Shown here piece after piece: positions 40,401-51,400 of a DNA stretch of 64,000 bases; position 1 is the stretch's first letter, and every line of letters begins with the position of its first letter. Origin of the DNA: a virus; IMG/VR virus record IMGVR_UViG_3300031857_000053, positions 1-64,000 of that record; one strand, written 5' to 3'. The notes below the pieces were generated by a model that was not told the DNA's origin, ran no database searches, and worked only from the letters and a program-made list of their open reading frames with translations. The translations under genes were made by a program, and so were the position numbers.

Positions 40401-42176
40401 GGAAATAAAAAAAATAATCTTTTGAAATTTTTACAAAGTAATGCTATGAAAGCTATTGCTAGAGAAGAAGCTCAAAAGGTAAAACAACAGATGATGCCGC
40501 GGATAAAAAACTATTTTAATGAAGGTGGATATTTTGATCAAGCAAAACCAGTATATGAGAAAGATCCTTATATACAAAAAAAGATGAATGTTTATCAAAC
40601 TATGGCAGATGATTCAATGGCTGGTTTAAAATCAGGTATACCACAACTTGGTTTAGATATTTCTGAACCATTGGGTAATGTTTTTGATAAACCACAAGAA
40701 AAAGAAAAAATAGTAAGTGATCAATATACAGGCACAGGTCCTAATGTTTCTACAGAAACACCTTATAAAGGAACTGAAGTTGAAGTTAATCCAAGTGCAG
40801 GAAACTTTGATTGGAATAGTCCCGGTGGATTTGCTTATGGTGGATATCCGTCATACGCACCAGGAGGTGAATGGACATGGGCTGATGAGTGGGAACAAAA
40901 AGATAGACAATCAAAATTAAGAAGTGCACTAGAAGAAAAAATGGGTGTAGCTTTAAATAAAGATATGTCTTATGATGATTTAGTAGCTATGGGTGTTAAA
41001 GAAAATATCATTAAAATGAGTGATATTAATCAAGGAACACAAGCTGGAAATCTTTATCCAGTATCTAGAAGAGGTATTGGATCTGATGGATATGGAGGTT
41101 ATAGATATAATTTTAGAGTTAGAGGAAATAGTTCAAATCCTATATTTTCAAATATAAATCAAGGAACAGGATATCCTAATATGAGTAATCTTACTCCAGA
41201 GCAACAAGCAGCAATGAAAAAAGAATATGCTGATATGGGATTTGATCTTGAGTATTCAGAAAAGAAAGGTTTATTACGTGATGCATTAGGATTAGGTCCT
41301 CGTGTAAAAAAACTTAAAATTACTAAAAGACCTGGTGCTGATAGCGGAAGTAGTTCAAGTATTTCAGGTCGTGAAAAAAATTCTGCTGATTATGATTTAC
41401 CTGTTACTATAGATTATTCAGTATTCCCAAAACAAGAACCAGTATATGATGCTTCTTGGAATACAGCAGAATATTTAGGTCCAGGATGGAAACTAAAAGC
41501 AGAAAAAGAACAACAAAAAAGAGAAATAGAAAAAAAATTACAAAAAATAGAAGCAGCAAAAAGACCTAATTTTTTAGGTTTAAGTAATGCAGCTTCTACT
41601 GTTCCAACAGTATATAATCCTTATCCAGTAAGTACTGCAGCTGATGAACCTTTAAATTTTAATATTGATCCTTCTTTAGAACAAGCAGCAGAAGAAAATG
41701 CTGTTATGCCAAATCAAAAATATGGTGGAGGATTTAATAATCAAGGATTAAAAAGATTCTTTCCAGGTGGTGTTAATAGAGCTGATAAATTGGTAATCAC
41801 TGAAAGAGGACCTAGTATTTTTAATCCTTATGCTACTGAAGCTATTATGCAAGGTCTTACTGGTGTTTTAAATAATGCTCAACAGCGTAAAGCTTCTCAA
41901 GCAATGTTAGCTGGTTTACAAGGAGCTGATGCTACTTTTGTAAAAGATCAACCATATGATCTAGGTAAAAATACTATTAATGAACATAGGTTTGATCCAT
42001 ACAGAGAAGGTGCTAAAACTACAGGTATACAATCTTTTATGGATGCTAATATTAATCCAGGAATACAACAAAGTAAATATGGTGGACAAGGTCAAGATGC
42101 AGAATATATTTATATGACTGAAGAAGATATTAATAACTTCATGGCTATGGGTGGAACATTAGAAATATTTGAATAA
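37452..42176 (+). CDS. modular virion cargo polyprotein with a zincin-like domain
   Basis: 1574 aa; HEIGH (HExxH) at 39387 with a downstream EAY..EEELR; many xxxGG motifs separate unrelated segments. Confidence 0.65.
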   Translation: MGYNSKELKVKSTAKKLAKPKDAIVSQDGQYKYTGQITKILGNQFGTPITMEGISYPLRGKDNLGNTQMMYPGAEYFFPGSSVTEYPMKRQLGGPTPPEDWEAFLAYNITAPENRQAREDWTYGDPNQYDHYGMWDALGKPSNFEEALKNNPDWTLNEYDDSYHGFSVNPNTGVWLKNYQPGEGVAPGSTAWMEANQHYLNPESYNNFDLVYDPELQRMRYISKQKRGGFIPIAQKGMQSESGTYVQVDTPEGVKTLNTDSDEYRKYYANLYRQVGDVFEAPNMLPEATVTSTATNAVLTPEELAYVLETSPSVDRNSFRPAYGEEDIDPGIGYGTPQWQRSGSQRYPNWDSLTKEEKRLITDSGSIGRSIRSKAGFGKDYYKKNEDESLLGAASGLARFIYETSPLSAIQRRVSDPIGTLEGLYQTGADILGSGIAALDYSLGSGQGFSGINPLTGVNYGEGLDEVLDIADIIPAGAIFKKGYDVKNLVKSIKTADNTIRKEGEKFVNRLLSPEGQKRLKNQFAKADPTLNDRQLDWLVQTRINEINAATEYNQARALATISETDPKILKNKAMVEHFMPNQNAHFSRKQVFDIKNVEAPPDLFPINSTITNLDDQYGDFLNPNFEPGTIALGSGFETNKGVARHEIGHSIQKGKMPIDYDLLEMIKSKNLADKAWRLALTRQSKGDLDYFENAGGRSLTNEAYPFEEELRNRLLNRGIIKDDYQTITPWMLAKARLDALTQLSSTGKNFKEGTRLLKFTPPWKYKELARLMNEAPGLIPTTIGAGVLGAEALQEEKYGGGFKDLNFNEEDYMKKGGSKKLKINSKFTNKNIQSSINELFKRNETLFGPKGKKYYKPFAEGGSTNNTNMKKLTDKEIAFPQQPTAAEFYARGFVPNSPVGFYRQGGMSPAEAYPQQPPADMFFSGYPFQPQYMRGGMTNGIAFPQQPTAEYFFSGFPWESKYETGGPSSSAPQDMNSIDAQIGNKKNNLLKFLQSNAMKAIAREEAQKVKQQMMPRIKNYFNEGGYFDQAKPVYEKDPYIQKKMNVYQTMADDSMAGLKSGIPQLGLDISEPLGNVFDKPQEKEKIVSDQYTGTGPNVSTETPYKGTEVEVNPSAGNFDWNSPGGFAYGGYPSYAPGGEWTWADEWEQKDRQSKLRSALEEKMGVALNKDMSYDDLVAMGVKENIIKMSDINQGTQAGNLYPVSRRGIGSDGYGGYRYNFRVRGNSSNPIFSNINQGTGYPNMSNLTPEQQAAMKKEYADMGFDLEYSEKKGLLRDALGLGPRVKKLKITKRPGADSGSSSSISGREKNSADYDLPVTIDYSVFPKQEPVYDASWNTAEYLGPGWKLKAEKEQQKREIEKKLQKIEAAKRPNFLGLSNAASTVPTVYNPYPVSTAADEPLNFNIDPSLEQAAEENAVMPNQKYGGGFNNQGLKRFFPGGVNRADKLVITERGPSIFNPYATEAIMQGLTGVLNNAQQRKASQAMLAGLQGADATFVKDQPYDLGKNTINEHRFDPYREGAKTTGIQSFMDANINPGIQQSKYGGQGQDAEYIYMTEEDINNFMAMGGTLEIFE
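40081..40350 (+). repeat. three imperfect peptide repeats (A[FY]PQQP..xxFxxG...Y..GG)
   Basis: IAFPQQPTAAEFYARGF / AYPQQPPADMFFSGYP / IAFPQQPTAEYFFSGFP. Confidence 0.75.
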
Positions 42177-42178
42177 TT

Positions 42179-44785
42179 ATGAAAAAAGTTAGAATAATAA
42201 GTTACCCAAAGTTACCAAAGGCAGCAGAGGGTATGGAAGTAAAAGGTTCTTCTAATGCTAAAACTTTAAATTGGCCAGCGCTTCTAGCTCAAAATTCTAA
42301 GAAGCCTATTAGTACTCGTAATACTTTAACTGAAGATCGTAAAGCAAAACCTAATCTTGAAGCTGAATTAGGAGAATATGTAGTAGCTAATCTTGATGGA
42401 TCAGGTTTACCAAGTGGTCATAAAATTGGTGGAAAAAAACATTATAATAATGGAACAAAACTTAATCTTCCAGAAGATAGTTTTATTTTTTCAGCAGCTA
42501 GAGAGATGGCTTTAAAAGGTTCTGAAATCTTAAATGAGTTTGGTATTACAAATAAAAAGCAATTAAAGAAAGGTGTTGTACCAGCTGATATAGCCAAAAA
42601 GCTTCCGGATATGAATAAGTATAGAGCAGTTCTAGCAGATCCAGATAGTGATAAAATGCAAAGGAAAACAGCGGAGATGATGCTTGCTAATATTAGTCTT
42701 AAGATGGCTAAGCTTGGTTTAGCTCAAGAATCATTAAAAGGATTTCCTCAAGGTATACCAAAAATATCTCAGCCATATGTTGATATGATGAACATGAATC
42801 CTGAAGAGTTCTTTACTCAAACTGAAGCTGAACCTGAAGAAGAGGGAGAAGAAGTAGAGGATACAGCAAAATATGGTAAACAAGTTGGACTACCTAAAGC
42901 TCAATTTGGAAGAGCTGTTAGAAGAGGCGGTGTTGCTTATAGATATAATCCGTCTACTAATATGATTGAGATTATAAATGCTCAAGGGAGAATTATAGGA
43001 TATGGTCGACCAGGTACTAATACGCAAGGTACTACTCAAACAACTAGTGGTGGTACTAGAACTGTTAAAACTAAAAAAATAGTTAAGAAACAAAACATAC
43101 CCGCAGATGCTATAATCATTGATCAAACTAATCCAGAATATAAAACAAAAAATGATTATATAAAAGCTAGAGATAAAGCTTTTGCTGAATCTGGTGATAA
43201 GCCTGTTTATACTAAAGATAAAGATGGTAAATATTATCAAGTTAATAAAGGAAAATATCTTAATGCAAAAAATGATCAAGAATTACTTGATCAACAAATA
43301 AAGCTAATTAAAGATAGATTTTCTAATCCTAAAGTAGCTGCAGCATTAAAACAAAAAATGTTAGAGGCATATGATAAAGATAAAGAATTTGGTAAAGATC
43401 AAGGATATCTTGGTAAGCAACCTGGTTTTACAAGAGCTGATATTGAGAACATGACTGAAGAAGAACTTGCTAAAAAGTTTATTGAGCTTAATGAAAGAAA
43501 TCTAAAAACAGCTAAATTATTTAATGTAAACAAAGAAGAATTAAAAAAAGTATATGAATGTTTTGATACTGAAAGTGGTAAATTACTTAGTAATAGTAAG
43601 TGTAAAGATGTTCCATATAAAACTTTAGATGAAGCATTTGCAAAAGCGGGACTACCACTTCCTCAAGAAAAAGCTGCTAGAAATAAAGAAGTTGGTATTC
43701 AACAATTATCTTATATAGGCTTTACCGAGTTATTAAAAGATAGAGATGCGGGTACTATAAAAGATGAAGAAACTAAAGAACTTATAAAACCTTTTATTCA
43801 AGATCAATTAGGAGCAAGTGATGAAAAATTTGGAGGTAAAGAAAAACAAAACTTTTCTAAAGCAGATGGAGTATATACTAATACTACTGCAGGTGAAATA
43901 GCTGGTATAGCTGGAGATGATATTATTGGAGAAGGATTAGTTGCAGAGGAAGATACAGAGATTGAAGAAGATGTTACTGTAAAAGATCCTCAGTATGTTT
44001 CACAATCTGGAGAAGCTCCTATTTTTAAACAAGATTTAATTAAAATAGCAGGTGCTCTTGGTGATGCTGCAAGATTAAAAAAGTATATGGCTTGGCAAGC
44101 TACTCCGGGTACTTTTACTGGGGAGCCTACTTTTTATAGTCCCGAAAGAGAACTAGCAAAGATAGGTGAGCAATCAGCTATGGCTATGAATAGTCTTGCA
44201 ACCTTTGCAGGTCCTCAAGCTTTATCATCTAGATTATCTGGTGTTACTGGACAAGCTGGTGCTGCTGCTGCTGATGTATTAGGAAAATATAATAATCTTA
44301 ATGTTGGTGTTCAGAATCAATTTGAGATGCAAAAAGCTCAAATTTTAAATCAAGCTGCTCAACAGAAAGCTGCTTTAAAGACAGCTCTTTTTGATAAGAA
44401 TACAATAGCTAATCAACAGTTTGATAATAGTAAAGCTTTAGCTCGTCAAAATATAAGACAAGGATATATTGATGCAATTACTAATGCTGTTAATGCGGCT
44501 AATCTAAACTTAGTTTACGATCAATATAAAACTGATCCAAGAAAAGGTGGTCTTGTTAGTTTTACTAATGGTAAACCAGTTACTCCAGAATACAATCCAG
44601 CAGATATGGCTACTCAATTTAATACTCTTAAGAGTAAACTTCCAGGTGTAGATGACGCTACAATCTATAAGTTATTGACTGGAGATAGAGGTACTACAGC
44701 TAGTAACAATAGTCAATACTTAAAAGATCTTAATACTACTATGAACTTTAATGCTGGACCATATGCTCAGCAAGAGGAAGTATAA
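42179..44785 (+). CDS. virion cargo / ejection protein
   Basis: 868 aa; NLEAELGEYV...GGKKHYNNGT....DSFIFS N-terminal domain like crAss cargo protein 1; Ala/Gln/Asn-rich helical C-terminus. Confidence 0.65.
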   Translation: MKKVRIISYPKLPKAAEGMEVKGSSNAKTLNWPALLAQNSKKPISTRNTLTEDRKAKPNLEAELGEYVVANLDGSGLPSGHKIGGKKHYNNGTKLNLPEDSFIFSAAREMALKGSEILNEFGITNKKQLKKGVVPADIAKKLPDMNKYRAVLADPDSDKMQRKTAEMMLANISLKMAKLGLAQESLKGFPQGIPKISQPYVDMMNMNPEEFFTQTEAEPEEEGEEVEDTAKYGKQVGLPKAQFGRAVRRGGVAYRYNPSTNMIEIINAQGRIIGYGRPGTNTQGTTQTTSGGTRTVKTKKIVKKQNIPADAIIIDQTNPEYKTKNDYIKARDKAFAESGDKPVYTKDKDGKYYQVNKGKYLNAKNDQELLDQQIKLIKDRFSNPKVAAALKQKMLEAYDKDKEFGKDQGYLGKQPGFTRADIENMTEEELAKKFIELNERNLKTAKLFNVNKEELKKVYECFDTESGKLLSNSKCKDVPYKTLDEAFAKAGLPLPQEKAARNKEVGIQQLSYIGFTELLKDRDAGTIKDEETKELIKPFIQDQLGASDEKFGGKEKQNFSKADGVYTNTTAGEIAGIAGDDIIGEGLVAEEDTEIEEDVTVKDPQYVSQSGEAPIFKQDLIKIAGALGDAARLKKYMAWQATPGTFTGEPTFYSPERELAKIGEQSAMAMNSLATFAGPQALSSRLSGVTGQAGAAAADVLGKYNNLNVGVQNQFEMQKAQILNQAAQQKAALKTALFDKNTIANQQFDNSKALARQNIRQGYIDAITNAVNAANLNLVYDQYKTDPRKGGLVSFTNGKPVTPEYNPADMATQFNTLKSKLPGVDDATIYKLLTGDRGTTASNNSQYLKDLNTTMNFNAGPYAQQEEV

Positions 44786-44852
44786 TATTTTAAATAAACT
44801 TTATAAGTGTAATAAACTTATAATATTTTTGGATAAATTTACAACATAAATT

Positions 44853-47800
44853 ATGGCAACTTATATACAAGGTGTAACCGATTATCTTCCACAGATCCAA
44901 CCTTTCCAACCGGATCTAAATTTTCTTGGAAATATTCTTCAAACAAAACAAAGTCGTTACGATGCGGCACATAAACAGTTAAGTAATGTTTACGGAACAA
45001 TGCTTAATTCGCCAATGTTACGTGATAAAAATATAAGTAATAGAGATAATTTTTTTAAGATGATTCAACAGGATATCCATAAGATGTCCGGAGTAGATCT
45101 TTCTTTACAGCAAAATGTAGATTCAGCTCAACAAGTTTTTAAAGCATTATATGATGATCAGGATATAGTTAAAGATATGACCTGGACTCGTAATTATAGA
45201 AATCAAAAAGAAAGAGGAGCTGCTTTTAAACTTTGTACTGATCCAGAAAAGTGTGGTGGTGGATGGTGGGAAGGTGGAGATCAATATCTCGATTATAAAG
45301 CTCAAGAATTTAAAAATGCTACTGATGAAGATGCTAGAAATTTTGGAGATGTAGAATATGTTCCTTATCAAAATTTCCAAAAAGATGCGATGAAGTGGGC
45401 AAAGGATATGGGATTTGAAATTAAGTATGATGATTTTTCAAAAGCACCTGGATATATAACTCATATAAAAAATGGTGAGGCAATGATCCAACCTTTAGCA
45501 AAACATTTTTTATCTGTATTTGGAAGTGATCCTAAGTATACAAAATACTTTGAAGCATTAGCATATAATACAAGAAAAGCTTGGGTTAATGCTAAGATTG
45601 GAGAATATAATAGTGAAGAAGAAGCAAGCTTAGCTTATATGGAGCAATTCTATACTGCTATTAATAATCAAGTAAAAGATGGTAAAAAACAAGCTGATGA
45701 AGATTCAGATGCAGCACAAGCTAAACTTACAATGGCTGAGAAGAATGCTGCAGAACAAGGAATCCAAGGTGATGAAAATGATTGGTTGCGTCAATTAAGC
45801 GGTTATAAAGATGAAGTAGAATCTATTAATAAAGTAAAAGATATTTATACTAATGCTGAGAATACTCTTAGCAATATGAATATTAACGCGAATAACATCA
45901 ATCTTTATCTTTCTAATTTTGATAAGATGATGGGTCTTCAAATGTTGGAGAGAGAATCTATTAATGCTTCTTCTGCTTATGCTAATCTTACTACTGAGGT
46001 TAGCTATGATGTAGATGCTAAACAATTAGCCGCAAGTGAGAGAGCTTACAATGAGCAAAAAGCTATAATGGAAGAAGGTTATGTAAAATATGATGAAAGT
46101 GGTAATCCTATTGAATATGTGCCGGGTAGAAAAGCTATGAAAGAAGCGTGGCTCGAAAGAGAAAAAGCAGGAATTGAAGGAGGTGTTACTACAGAACAAA
46201 GAAAAAGTTTAGCTAGAGAATATTTAGGAGGAGGATCAGAAGATGTTACATTTCTTCCTAAAGTAGCAGGTGCACAAACAGGTGAATTAGTTCCAGATTT
46301 AGCTACTAAAACTAATCTTGCAAAATCTAAAGCATTAGATGAAGAAAGTGTAAATTATAAAGCTAGTGCTAATGATTTTATTTTTACTCATTTTAAAAAT
46401 TATTATCAAAATAGTGCTGAAGCATTACAAAAACCTGATATTCAAAGAACATTAGGACAAGTCCTTTATTTAACTGATAAAAGTATAAAACCATCAGATT
46501 GGAATAAAGTAGTTAAAGGATTTCTTAATGGAGATCCAGAAGCAATGACTAAAGTAGAACAAGCATATAAATCAAATCCTGATATAGTATATAAAGCACT
46601 TTCAAAATTTTCTAGACCTAGTAAAATAAAAGCTTCTGGAAAAGGTCAATATAGTACTTTTTATAGCACAGCTTTTTCTAATATTACTAGTGATCCTGCT
46701 TATTTAGAAAACCTTGGAGCAATTGAAAAAAATATTCAAGAAACTACACAGGCTCAAGAAGGAATGAAGAATCTTCAAAATGAAAATAATAAAGTTGCAA
46801 CAAGTATTTTTAAAGCGCAAAATAAAAATCTTCCTTTTGTAAATCTTATTCCAGAATTAGTTAAAGCTGCAAAATATGGAACTTATAATCCTATTAATTC
46901 TCCATTTACAGAAGGTTCTTTAAATACACCTGCTGCTCATACTATAGATAATTGGACTAGTTTATTATCAAGTTTTTATAAAACAGCAAGAGGAAAAGTT
47001 ATATCTGATTTTGCGGATAAAAGAGCAGAAGCTATTAAAGATAATCCTTTATTAAATCAACTTACTGCAGAAGGTGGAAGATTAGTTTATAAAAGAACTA
47101 ACACTGCTTTAGATGAAGTTAATAAAATTTTCTTAGGAAAAAATACTGGAAAGTGGACACCTATTGATGATAAAGATGGAATAATTAATCAAAGATTAAT
47201 AGCTTTTGAAAAAGCTCAAGCTGATCCAACTTTATATAATAATCCTGATTCAGAAATTAATAATCTTTATAAAGATTGGCGTAAAAGTAAAATAAAAAAT
47301 ATTAGTTGGACAGGTGGTCTTGAAAATTTATTTATCCTTAAGCCAGGAAAAAAGAATCTTTCAGAGATTCAAAATCCTTTAAGAGCAATAAAAGAAGGAT
47401 TTACAGGTTCTATGGATGAGTTTATAGAAACTGAAATTAAACCATATAAATTGGGAACAGTTAAAGATAAAATAGCTTTTGATGTTCTTAAAGTTTATAA
47501 TAATGAAGATACTAAAAAATCTTGGTTATCTGCTTATGCTGAAAAAGCTAATTCTTGGATGGATCCAGATTATCAAGATTACTCAGATAGAAGTACTAGT
47601 TATGCTTCTGCAGTTTTTGAAATGAAGTTTAGTCCTGCAGAACCTACTGCAAATTTAGAAGCTTTAAGTTTAATTAAAGCTATTAATAATGCTAAGTCAC
47701 AAGGAGAATTAAAAATAGCAAGATATGGAGGGTTTCATGATAAAGAAGCTTTTATGACATCTTATGAAGAAAATGGTGAATTTTATGAAGAACAATATAA

Positions 47801-48395
47801 TCAAATTAATAATGATTTGAGAAGACAGCTTCAAGATCCAAAACTTGCAACAAAAGATGATGCTTTAAATTTAGATATAAAAATAGCTCCTAATGTTGCT
47901 TTTGGAGAAAAAGGAATGACAGCTGTTGAGATAAGAGTTCCTCAATCATATATTAATGCTCGTGCAACAAGTAATAAAGAAGGTCGTAATTTATTTACTA
48001 AAGAGTGGGGTAAAAATAAATTAATATTTCTTATGCCAGATACATTTTTACCAGAAGATATTAGAGCTAAAACTACAGGTAATAATGATGATATTGCTAT
48101 GAGAGGTTTACCAAAAACTTCTTATCCAGTGAATGATGGTGGAATAGTTGAATTTACAAAAGTTATTCCTGATCCTAGTCAACCTAATAATTATACATAT
48201 ACTGCACAGGTAACATTTTTTGTACCTGATCCTAATAATCCAGGTAATATAATACCGGTTTATGGTACACCAAAAACAGGTATAGGAAAAGATGTAGATT
48301 TTACAGCTTTAAAAAATGAACAAATAAGAATTCTTGAAGAACAAGCTCGTAAAAATAGACAAGATCCAAATTTTAAAAAAAAATTAAATCAATAA
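44853..48395 (+). CDS. virion cargo / ejection protein
   Basis: 1180 aa, mostly helical; N-terminus FQPDLNFL..ILQTKQSRYD typical of crAss-like cargo proteins. Confidence 0.6.
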   Translation: MATYIQGVTDYLPQIQPFQPDLNFLGNILQTKQSRYDAAHKQLSNVYGTMLNSPMLRDKNISNRDNFFKMIQQDIHKMSGVDLSLQQNVDSAQQVFKALYDDQDIVKDMTWTRNYRNQKERGAAFKLCTDPEKCGGGWWEGGDQYLDYKAQEFKNATDEDARNFGDVEYVPYQNFQKDAMKWAKDMGFEIKYDDFSKAPGYITHIKNGEAMIQPLAKHFLSVFGSDPKYTKYFEALAYNTRKAWVNAKIGEYNSEEEASLAYMEQFYTAINNQVKDGKKQADEDSDAAQAKLTMAEKNAAEQGIQGDENDWLRQLSGYKDEVESINKVKDIYTNAENTLSNMNINANNINLYLSNFDKMMGLQMLERESINASSAYANLTTEVSYDVDAKQLAASERAYNEQKAIMEEGYVKYDESGNPIEYVPGRKAMKEAWLEREKAGIEGGVTTEQRKSLAREYLGGGSEDVTFLPKVAGAQTGELVPDLATKTNLAKSKALDEESVNYKASANDFIFTHFKNYYQNSAEALQKPDIQRTLGQVLYLTDKSIKPSDWNKVVKGFLNGDPEAMTKVEQAYKSNPDIVYKALSKFSRPSKIKASGKGQYSTFYSTAFSNITSDPAYLENLGAIEKNIQETTQAQEGMKNLQNENNKVATSIFKAQNKNLPFVNLIPELVKAAKYGTYNPINSPFTEGSLNTPAAHTIDNWTSLLSSFYKTARGKVISDFADKRAEAIKDNPLLNQLTAEGGRLVYKRTNTALDEVNKIFLGKNTGKWTPIDDKDGIINQRLIAFEKAQADPTLYNNPDSEINNLYKDWRKSKIKNISWTGGLENLFILKPGKKNLSEIQNPLRAIKEGFTGSMDEFIETEIKPYKLGTVKDKIAFDVLKVYNNEDTKKSWLSAYAEKANSWMDPDYQDYSDRSTSYASAVFEMKFSPAEPTANLEALSLIKAINNAKSQGELKIARYGGFHDKEAFMTSYEENGEFYEEQYNQINNDLRRQLQDPKLATKDDALNLDIKIAPNVAFGEKGMTAVEIRVPQSYINARATSNKEGRNLFTKEWGKNKLIFLMPDTFLPEDIRAKTTGNNDDIAMRGLPKTSYPVNDGGIVEFTKVIPDPSQPNNYTYTAQVTFFVPDPNNPGNIIPVYGTPKTGIGKDVDFTALKNEQIRILEEQARKNRQDPNFKKKLNQ

Positions 48396-48406
48396 ACTAA
48401 AGAGAG

Positions 48407-51400
48407 ATGGCAGATGTAATTTCAGAAGATATTAATTTATCTCTTCCAGATCCAGCAAATCTTGCAGCATCTGTTGCAGGTGGTGTAATGAATCCTCTTC
48501 TTAAAGAGTCTATTGATATTGATTTACCACAACCTCCTCCAAGATATCCAGTTGGTGTATCAGCAACAAATATGATACCTACTCAGACTAATGCATTAAC
48601 TGATTCTAATAGTTTAATAGAGCAAAGTAATAATAGTTTAGCAACAGCAAATCAATGGGCTCGTAATCCATATCAATATGGTAAGTTAAAAACTTATAAT
48701 GCTGATTCTGATGGAGCAAACTTTGCAAGATATGCAGCAGTACCTAGAGTGTTTAAAGAACAAGGCTTTTCTTTATATAGAGATAATGAAGCACTATATA
48801 ATGAGAATGCTACATGGTGGGATTATTTTAAAAGAAGTGCCGGTGCATCTTGGGAACTATTTAAAACAGGGTTTACAGATATGTTACCTTGGAATGCTTG
48901 GGATGGTAAATCATCAGATCTTGTAGCAGCAAAAGAGATGGAAAGATGGCACGCAATTGGTGCCGATAGTAGATCTGGAGTAGGATCTTTTATAAATAAT
49001 ATGACAGTAGATTCTGGATACACTTTTGGTATTCTTGGTGAATTTGCTGCAGAAGAAATAGCTCTTTGGGGAGCAACAGCTCTTTCTGGTGGAGCTCTTG
49101 GTGAAGTTGCTTTAACAAGAACTGGTAAAAAAATAGATGATGTTATAGATGCACTTAGTATAGAAAAATTTAGAGCAAAAGTAAATAAAGCTTATGATTG
49201 GATGAAGAGTCCTGATAAGATGAAAGATATTTATAGTTATGCTAAAGGAACTCTTAAACGTGCTGGTAAAACTTTAATACCTCAAACAGGAAGTTTTATA
49301 GCTAATGATATCATTGCTGCTGGTAAAAAAGGAGATCTTGTTTTTAATATGGCAAAAGCTTCAAAAGGATTTGGCGCTTTTTACCGAGATAGTCGAGCTG
49401 TAGCTGCAGTTTTATCTGAAGCATCTTTAGAAGGTGGTAGTGCAGAACTCATGGTAAGAGATCAATTGATTGATGGATTCTATGATAAAAACGGTAGACT
49501 TCCTAATGATAAAGAGATGTCGGCAATTTACAGTGAAGCAGCTAATGCTGGTAGAGAAACATATCTTTGGAATTTACCAGCTCTTTATATTTCAAATCAA
49601 ATAGTTTTTGAAACAGCTCTTAAAGGATTTAAACCTGCTGCTGTATTTAGAGAGGAATTAAGAACAGGATTAAGTGGACGATTGGCTTTTAATGAAGCTT
49701 GGAAAAAAGCTGGTGTAAAAGCTTGGACTACTGTTGAAGAAGGAGCACTACAAAGTTTTAAAAATATATTTAATCCTACTACATATAAACCTAAAAATCT
49801 TTTAAGAAATACTGTTGGTAAATTTGCTCTTTATACTAAAGAAAATTTAGCAGAAGGTTTACAAGAGGTATATCAAGATGCTGTTCAAAAGACAATGGTA
49901 GATTATTATTCTGCTAGATTTACGCATCCTGCTCTTTCTGGATCTAGATCTGTGTGGGGAGAGTTTGCAAAAAATATTGGTAATCCTAATTTAGAAACTT
50001 TTGCATCTGGATTTTTAATGGGATCTATGGTACAGATTCCACAAAAAATTGCTTTTAATTATTTACCTAAACAATTTTATAAACTTACAAATAGAGCTGA
50101 GTATGATAAAAATATGGCTCTACAACAAGAGCATACCGATAAAGTAGTAGATGCTATGAATTATTTTACTATGGGTGAAAAGTATTATGATTCTATTAAT
50201 GAAAATGCGGTAGTTCAATTAAATGGTAATGCTGAAGCTCAACAAGCTAATATGGCTGGTGATAAAAAAGCTTTTGGTGATATAACAGATGAGACAGAAG
50301 GAAATCACTTTATGACTTTACTTGAAAGTGGTAAATTAGATATTCTTGTAGATCAATTTAAAGATCTTAAAGGTCTTAATAAAGAAGCTTTAGAAGAAGC
50401 TTTTGGTCCAGTAGATAAATCTATAGCTGAAGATTCATATACATTTTATCAAAATAGACTTGATAACATGATTAAGAAATCTGAACAATTAAAAAAATTA
50501 TACGAGACTGCAGAAAGAGAAATAGGTGATGGTCCTTTTCATCCTAGTACAGTTGATGGAAAAAAAGATCCTAAATTATATGAAGCCATGATGCAAGGAG
50601 CTATTGCTCACAAGATGGCTAAAAGAGATTTTGTATTACAAAATTATTCTTTCTATAGAACTCTTCAGAGAGTAGATAGTCTTACTAATAATTTAGTTTC
50701 AAATAGTGAGTTAGCTAAAACATCAGCTTCAGATTTAATGTTAGCTACTTCTCCTCAATTGATGGTCGATGAAATAGCTATTACAAAAAAATTATTAGAA
50801 GGTTATAAAACAATTGAAAAAGATCCTGATAATAAATCAAAGATTCAATCACTTGAAGAAAGATTAGAATATCTAGAAGAATTACAAAGTGCAATAGAAG
50901 GTATTACAGTAGCTCAAAAATTAGAACCTAGTAGAGAATTAGGTACTCAAGTAAAAGAAATAGAAGATGCTGATAAAGCAGCTAGAATAGATGAAGGTAC
51001 TGTAGTTAAAAATAAAAAAGGAAAAGAGCATAAAGTATCTTATGTAAAAAAAGGTGATGCATATAATAGTAAAGGTGAAAAAATTGGAAAGTTAAAAGAT
51101 CTTGATATTGTTAGTCAACCGGAAGGCAAAGAGGAAAAAGATGCTATGACATATGCAACAGAAAGATTATTCAATGCATATTCACAGTGGATGAAATACT
51201 CAGCTAAAGTAAATAACAATGATAATGTAACAGATAGAGCTATTGAAAAATCATTTGCTGATTTCCGAGATATTTATTTATTAAAACAAGATTCTAAATT
51301 TTTAGGTGAAACTATTCAAACTCTTTTAAATCCTAATTATTTTAGAGTATATACTGAAAGATTAAGAAATGTTATTGCTGATATAGATAAATCTCGAAAA

